From contig DAOOON010000009.1 of NCBI GenBank assembly GCA_035387745.1, forward strand, positions 17,866 to 28,076: a stretch of 10,211 nt of DNA. The letters are read 5' to 3'. This document shows, piece after piece, positions 6,701 to 10,211 of this stretch. A program made the position numbers and the translations under genes. A model generated the notes under the pieces. That model made no database searches and was not told the DNA's origin. It was given only the letters and a program-made list of their open reading frames with translations. This stretch comes from an archaeon. GTDB lineage: Archaea > Iainarchaeota > Iainarchaeia > Iainarchaeales > CSSED10-239. How positions within the stretch are numbered: position 1 is the stretch's first letter; the number at the start of each line of letters is the position of its first letter.

Positions 6701-9700
6701 ACGAAGTAGAATTTACAGTTAAAAAACAAAATTATAGTGGAGTTACAATAAAGCAAATAGTTTCTGAAAATCTAGTTGTTGCAACACCAGAGAAATTAGA
6801 TATACAATTAGATATTTCTAAAGGTTATTCTCAAGATTCTGGTTTGATATTAGTGAATAATTCAGTTTTACCATTAACAATTATTGGTTTAGAAACAAAC
6901 ATAAGGTCAGATTATGTTTCTATAAAAAGTGGCGCACAAGGCACAATTTTAGAACCCTCATTCCAGCAACAAATAAATATTTCAACTAAATTAACAGAGA
7001 AAGGAATAGATTTAATGGCTCAAAAAGTTATAGAAGGAGATCTTCTAATTAGCGTTAGTGAAGCAAGTCTTGCAAAAGTTTGGGTTATTAAAGTTCCAAT
7101 AAAAGTAAGAATTACTTTTGGGAATTCTGTAGACAACGTAGACTGTTTAGAAATTAATCCTCAAGAAACAACAATAAGAGTTGAAAATTCAAACGATATA
7201 GAATATAATCTTAAAATTAAAAATAATTGTACAGTAGATGATGAGCCAGTAGATATTGGCAGAATTTATGCAGAATCAGACTATAAGAACACAAAGAAAT
7301 TAGGAGATTATTTTGTAGTGGTTTCTGGTAAAGAACAAAAATTATCACTTGATGAAAAAGTGGAAGTTGCAAATAAAATTGTAGCAGAAGAAACCGCAAC
7401 CATAAAATTAATCTTTAGACCAAACAAGTCTGCAAAAAGTGGATTATCAAATCCAATAATCACATTCTCATCAAATAGGCCAAATGTAAATGGTATAGAT
7501 GTAATAGAGTCACAGCATTTACCAAGCATAATATTAAACAATTATGTTAGTTGTATAGAAACACCAAGCTCTCCAATTACAATTCCATATTGTATGGGTT
7601 ATGGTTATAATCTATATGCTGGTGGAACAAACACAATGAATTTTAATCCATTTTTAATGGGCCAATATAATTATCAATATGCTGGCCAAGCACCACAATC
7701 AATGAATCAAAGTTGGTTAACTGGTTCAACTTATCCAACTAGTATGATGGGATATCAAAGTGTATTGGGAACAGGAGTCCCATATACAAATTATAGAGAA
7801 AATACCCCTGCAGGATATCAAGGTGCTCAAGGCTTTTCATCATCTGGAATGTTTGGTTGTGAGAAAGCGCAAATACAAATTAGAAACAATTGTTCAGAAG
7901 AATTAAGTTTACAATTTAGTACTCTTGGTGGAGTAATAATTACAGATCCTGAAAATTCAGAAATGGCATTAAAAAAAGGCGCAAGTGGAATGTTAGGTGT
8001 ACAGGGCTCACAAGTTCTTGGACAATACAAGATAGCAGTAAATGCAAAGCCAGACGATGATGCTATAGAAGAATACACTTATGTAAAAGACATAGTTGTT
8101 TCAGTAAATAGACCAGTTAGTATTTTGCCTGAAAATTGTATAAGCGTAGTTCCTACAGAATTTGATTTCTCTGGAATAGATACAACAGAAAAGAAACTAA
8201 TGGTAATCAATACCTGTTATGACATGGGCTATGCATTATTAGGTTTAAGTGTCTTAAATGAAGATCAATTAATTGTTGGAGAGGTTCAATATTTCTCTAT
8301 TGGAGATGTAAATGCAAATCTTAAGCCAAAGAAAACATATAGATATGTAGACGGTAAAACCACAGAAATAATGACCATCAAAATTAGAAGAAATCCTGAT
8401 ATTACAGAAAAAACATTAAGACTTGATAGCGAAGATAATAATTCTATTGCTAAGAAACTAACCGCACTAAGAAAAGATTATTATGATGTTGGCAAGTCCG
8501 TAAATTTAACAGCATTACTTGGAATTACTTATTCTAATCCAAGATTAGGAAATGATGAAATGGAAGCAGAGATTACTTTAACAGATAAGCTTCAATGGTT
8601 AAGTTATATAGATAGCTTTGCAGACACCAGTTCTGCTCTTGAAGGTCAAACACCACCAACAGATTCCACAGATACAACGACCGGGGCACAAGTACCATCA
8701 TTTACAGAATACTTCGCAGGTAGCGAGGCTCTAAATCCTGGCGAGTGTTATGATCCAAAAGGATTTAAGAAACAAGGATTCACTGGAGAAGATAATTTTA
8801 AAAAATATGGTTTTAACAGATTATTATTTACATATAATGATACAGATATAACTCATAATATATGTGATTATGGAAGAGTCTATTGTGATCAAGATCAATT
8901 AAGAATTGCCATATCTAAAAAAGCAGATATGCAAGGTGCAAATAAAACCTATCTATTAGATGGAACATATTTCTTACTTGAAGGAAATAAGATTGCAGCA
9001 AATCCTTATTTCTTTGATGAAGATGAAAATCCATTAGATAAGGCCGCAATAGAAAGCATAGTTTCAAGTCAAACATTTAATAATCGCGACCCAAATTCAA
9101 TATTACAGGCTTTAAAAGCAGTATTAAATAGAGTGCCTGCAGATTTAAGAAAATTTACAATACTTGAAGCAAAGATTGGTCCAATAACTACAAGCGAACC
9201 AACACCAGTAAATCTTTCAGCAGATAACATAAAAGCGTATATGACCATATTTGGAGATAATGACTTTACAAAGAACGTAAAGCAAGACGGAGACGTCTAT
9301 CAAATAACTGTTGATTCTTTCTTAAGAAGTGAAGGAAAATTAGAAGAGAAGATTAATAGCGCTTCAACTTCTTTACAAGAGCAAGCAATTATTGCTGAGT
9401 TCTTGAATCAATATCTAAATACAATGCAGTTATATTATGGTGACACAATAAGTCCATTTATTATTAATGCAAAGACATACGGTGCATTAAATTCAGGAAA
9501 TACGAAATCAATATTTGGTGCTGTTCAGTTCATGAGTGGAGCATGGAATTTAACTTTAGATTCAACGTCTCCAGTAAAAGAGGTTGCAACTCCAGGAACA
9601 TACAGCATTGCATTTAAGAATTCTTCAACTAATAAACAATTAACTTATACTGTTCAAAAAATAACTTCTAATTTATTAGATTATTATAATAATAATCCAG

Positions 9701-10211
9701 ATTATAAGACAAACACCTTCTTTACAAATCCAACAAACGCTTATTATTTCCATTATTTCGGGGTGCCTTTTAAGACCGCAAATACCGGGCAATCAAAAGC
9801 AACAGTTATTATTAATAACTACAACAACGGTTGGGATAAAGTACAAGATGGTATTATATTAAATGTTCCAAAAGACAACGCAGCAATATCTTTTAAAGAT
9901 ATAAGACCATTACAGGTTTTATCTTCTGGGGCATATAAGATAGAATATATAGCAAATGGCAAATATTCTTCAAAAGACACTTCAGAATTAAAAAATACTT
10001 TGTTTATTTTCCAAAAAATAAATGAAACAACAAAAGGTGCAGACTATCAATTAAAGACCTCTTCAAACTTAGATATGAAATTTAATATTGTTCCGACAAC
10101 ACTAAGTGCTACAAAGAACTTTACGCACGTTTATGGAGTACTAAAAGACATAACTAGTTCAAGTAATTTTACAGCTGAAGAAACAAGTTCAGTAAAGATA
10201 ATGGTTGATGG
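3742..10211 (+). CDS. Giant N-terminally membrane-anchored multi-domain surface (adhesin-like) protein, 3'-truncated by the window (at least 2,156 aa)
   Basis: In-frame TGA at 3718-3720 is followed by the first ATG at 3742. I then read frame 1 without any stop to nt 10211. The translation is protein-like throughout, with one TM helix, repeated beta-sandwich-type modules and paired cysteines. It is absent from the ORF track, presumably because no stop lies inside the window. Confidence 0.9.
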   Translation, partial: MGLKEFYYKLEDKYFAMLDNLEEKGINLYKLVDPLEKNGIPTFPIFIILILAIIGLIIFLLLPVFGITGGPHGTAVQFVNETNDPISDITLKVKLNGQSKTIETDSEGYFYFKDLSKDSTYVLKLADDKYLFSDREEYTIDPKKESLVVHLKEGAFSTTKTILFKTQSGEAVTSELNVEFSCLGTDYEKTVIVKGGSHTLDDIPTDCGSLTVDVKNRSDYETKIPADGTSGEIIFSSSVNYATLSVTIKDKDKGIILPGMSVSIYDLTGIKVDSGPTNANGIFSTELVQVSKTYRILVSDDTKKIYSGINDQDYANNIQTPVTITTGINTKSLEIKQDVVGFIKVKVKNDSGLYLEGVSVKLSKGSSTIDIKTTDSTGVVEFGVKENVTYVLSFDKEGYFVYTNRNATVSESTTEVTLRSMTEETKTSLLISVTDTELNPLEYATVKIWDALNNTVVKIVTTDVTGRVIISNLSVETTYLAEAIVGPFTGRTNNFVVEEREETSVPILVSIGYGTYNLTILNSDGNPISNATIKAYDASTNKEMTEKQTTTNETGLAILPIRADKEVYFAIVTADGTIITKRYSVDAENVTNDTIVIPSNVSSSASLEFVGYFSANGEQLPAVSAGQSATARFLLNVNKKYSKVLAHIRTGEGETCGNRTYSITEDSIYIKQIKFAGNKIIGSIDYTPCNGESKDTASIVRKDAKWFNVILDNPIEGSYIIDADIVVTDTATTDQSIFYRAEYQQGSAILRNPKDDVIGTSLTSPNRQALYAYANKKIISVGDSSSCENGICYAFTIKDKSTGAEKRIMDKFTAKEGTDYQLNFRLSFERPATDAILVVSPTGQTIVLNEYDITSGGSLPITDTDFSNISLGNINANGTVNGSIDLSVINDVTDELTFNIYANSDSVFSKIIHFDLKPSKKMIVDVVPKTMVPFVPNVISVGVTEESGTKISDATVFIRINGKTIANGKTDRDGLYSVMLPSTDIKDEVEFTVKKQNYSGVTIKQIVSENLVVATPEKLDIQLDISKGYSQDSGLILVNNSVLPLTIIGLETNIRSDYVSIKSGAQGTILEPSFQQQINISTKLTEKGIDLMAQKVIEGDLLISVSEASLAKVWVIKVPIKVRITFGNSVDNVDCLEINPQETTIRVENSNDIEYNLKIKNNCTVDDEPVDIGRIYAESDYKNTKKLGDYFVVVSGKEQKLSLDEKVEVANKIVAEETATIKLIFRPNKSAKSGLSNPIITFSSNRPNVNGIDVIESQHLPSIILNNYVSCIETPSSPITIPYCMGYGYNLYAGGTNTMNFNPFLMGQYNYQYAGQAPQSMNQSWLTGSTYPTSMMGYQSVLGTGVPYTNYRENTPAGYQGAQGFSSSGMFGCEKAQIQIRNNCSEELSLQFSTLGGVIITDPENSEMALKKGASGMLGVQGSQVLGQYKIAVNAKPDDDAIEEYTYVKDIVVSVNRPVSILPENCISVVPTEFDFSGIDTTEKKLMVINTCYDMGYALLGLSVLNEDQLIVGEVQYFSIGDVNANLKPKKTYRYVDGKTTEIMTIKIRRNPDITEKTLRLDSEDNNSIAKKLTALRKDYYDVGKSVNLTALLGITYSNPRLGNDEMEAEITLTDKLQWLSYIDSFADTSSALEGQTPPTDSTDTTTGAQVPSFTEYFAGSEALNPGECYDPKGFKKQGFTGEDNFKKYGFNRLLFTYNDTDITHNICDYGRVYCDQDQLRIAISKKADMQGANKTYLLDGTYFLLEGNKIAANPYFFDEDENPLDKAAIESIVSSQTFNNRDPNSILQALKAVLNRVPADLRKFTILEAKIGPITTSEPTPVNLSADNIKAYMTIFGDNDFTKNVKQDGDVYQITVDSFLRSEGKLEEKINSASTSLQEQAIIAEFLNQYLNTMQLYYGDTISPFIINAKTYGALNSGNTKSIFGAVQFMSGAWNLTLDSTSPVKEVATPGTYSIAFKNSSTNKQLTYTVQKITSNLLDYYNNNPDYKTNTFFTNPTNAYYFHYFGVPFKTANTGQSKATVIINNYNNGWDKVQDGIILNVPKDNAAISFKDIRPLQVLSSGAYKIEYIANGKYSSKDTSELKNTLFIFQKINETTKGADYQLKTSSNLDMKFNIVPTTLSATKNFTHVYGVLKDITSSSNFTAEETSSVKIMVD
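3862..3939 (+). other. Single transmembrane signal-anchor helix of the giant protein (aa 41-66, PTFPIFIILILAIIGLIIFLLLPVFG)
   Basis: A 26-residue uncharged hydrophobic stretch follows a 40-aa charged leader (MGLKEFYYKLEDKYFAMLDNLEEKGINLYKLVDPLEKNGI). The leader carries several Lys, which fits an N-in, C-out topology. Confidence 0.75.
3961..5535 (+). repeat. Tandem array of six divergent ~80-95-aa carboxypeptidase-regulatory-like (CarboxypepD_reg / Ig-like beta-sandwich) domains (protein-level repeats)
   Basis: A core pattern recurs: [hydrophobic-x]n ... T(T)D-x-x-G ... hydrophobic ... x-Y-x-[hydrophobic]. Examples are TDSEGYFYFKDLSKDSTYVLKL, TTDSTGVVEFGVKENVTYVLSF, TTDVTGRVIISNLSVETTYLAEA and TTNETGLAILPIRADKEVYFAIV. 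Approximate units are 3961-4197, 4204-4461, 4462-4749, 4753-5001, 5017-5271 and 5281-5535. The DNA copies are not identical. Confidence 0.6.
6499..6762 (+). repeat. Seventh, isolated CarboxypepD_reg-like domain in the giant protein
   Basis: ISVGVTEESGTKISDATVFIRINGKTIANGKTDRDGLYSVMLPSTDIKDEVEFTV shows the same pattern as the 3961-5535 array. Confidence 0.5.
7591..7860 (+). other. Cys-bracketed, nearly uncharged G/Y/Q/N/M-rich low-complexity island (90 aa) in the giant protein
   Basis: My manual count of the 90 residues from Cys (7591-7593) to Cys (7858-7860) gives 15 Gly, 11 Tyr, 8 Gln, 8 Asn and 7 Met. There is only one Arg and one Glu, and no Lys, Asp, His or Ile. The flanking sequence is rich in K/E/D/I. 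Confidence 0.8.

Noticed and set aside
4445-8078. Minus-strand track ORFs at 4445-4711, 5286-5531, 6441-6689, 7217-7399, 7308-7541 and 7827-8078
   Set aside because: All are antisense shadows inside the giant plus-strand ORF (3742 to beyond 10211). Their hydrophobic, membrane-like look comes from complementing ACA/GAA/AAT/GAT-rich codons.
1-10211. Alternative genetic code or stop-codon recoding, CRISPR arrays, tRNA or other structured RNA genes, transposase or integrase genes, and long direct or inverted DNA repeats
   Set aside because: The three ORFs read cleanly in the standard code. Genes 1 and 2 end in TAA, and I saw no in-frame TGA, TAG or TAA that needs reassignment. The non-coding DNA totals about 200 bp, is nearly pure A/T, and has no GC-rich stems or spacer-repeat periodicity. 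No translation resembled recombinase motifs.

Overview
The window is AT-rich (roughly 30% G+C by eye) and almost entirely coding. It holds three co-directional plus-strand genes separated by gaps of 49 bp and 151 bp. I found no rRNA or tRNA genes, CRISPR array, transposase or long DNA repeat. Gene 1 (nt 2-1750) is cut by the left edge. It encodes a long coiled-coil protein whose last ~150 residues look like an NlpC/P60- or CHAP-type cysteine peptidase, with a Cys...His...His arrangement. Gene 2 (1800-3590) encodes a 596-aa protein with 12 Cys and a type IV pilin-like (class III) N-terminus, KKG|FTLF plus a 22-residue hydrophobic helix, but no Glu at +5. Gene 3 starts at ATG 3742 and stays open to the right edge, giving at least 2,156 codons. 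It is missing from the supplied ORF track, apparently because it has no stop inside the window. Every track ORF between 4445 and 8078 is a minus-strand shadow of it. Gene 3 encodes a giant N-terminally anchored surface protein. It contains six or seven carboxypeptidase-regulatory-like beta-sandwich repeats, several Cys-bracketed beta-sandwich-like modules, a 90-residue almost uncharged G/Y/Q/N/M-rich island closed by two Cys, a short Thr/Pro linker, and a distal region I cannot assign. My main hypothesis is that the three genes form an uncharacterised cell-surface contact or envelope-breaching module. The composition, pilin type and giant adhesin-like gene fit an uncultivated small-celled episymbiont (DPANN archaeon or CPR-like bacterium). 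That taxonomic placement and all domain names come from reading the translations, not from any database search.
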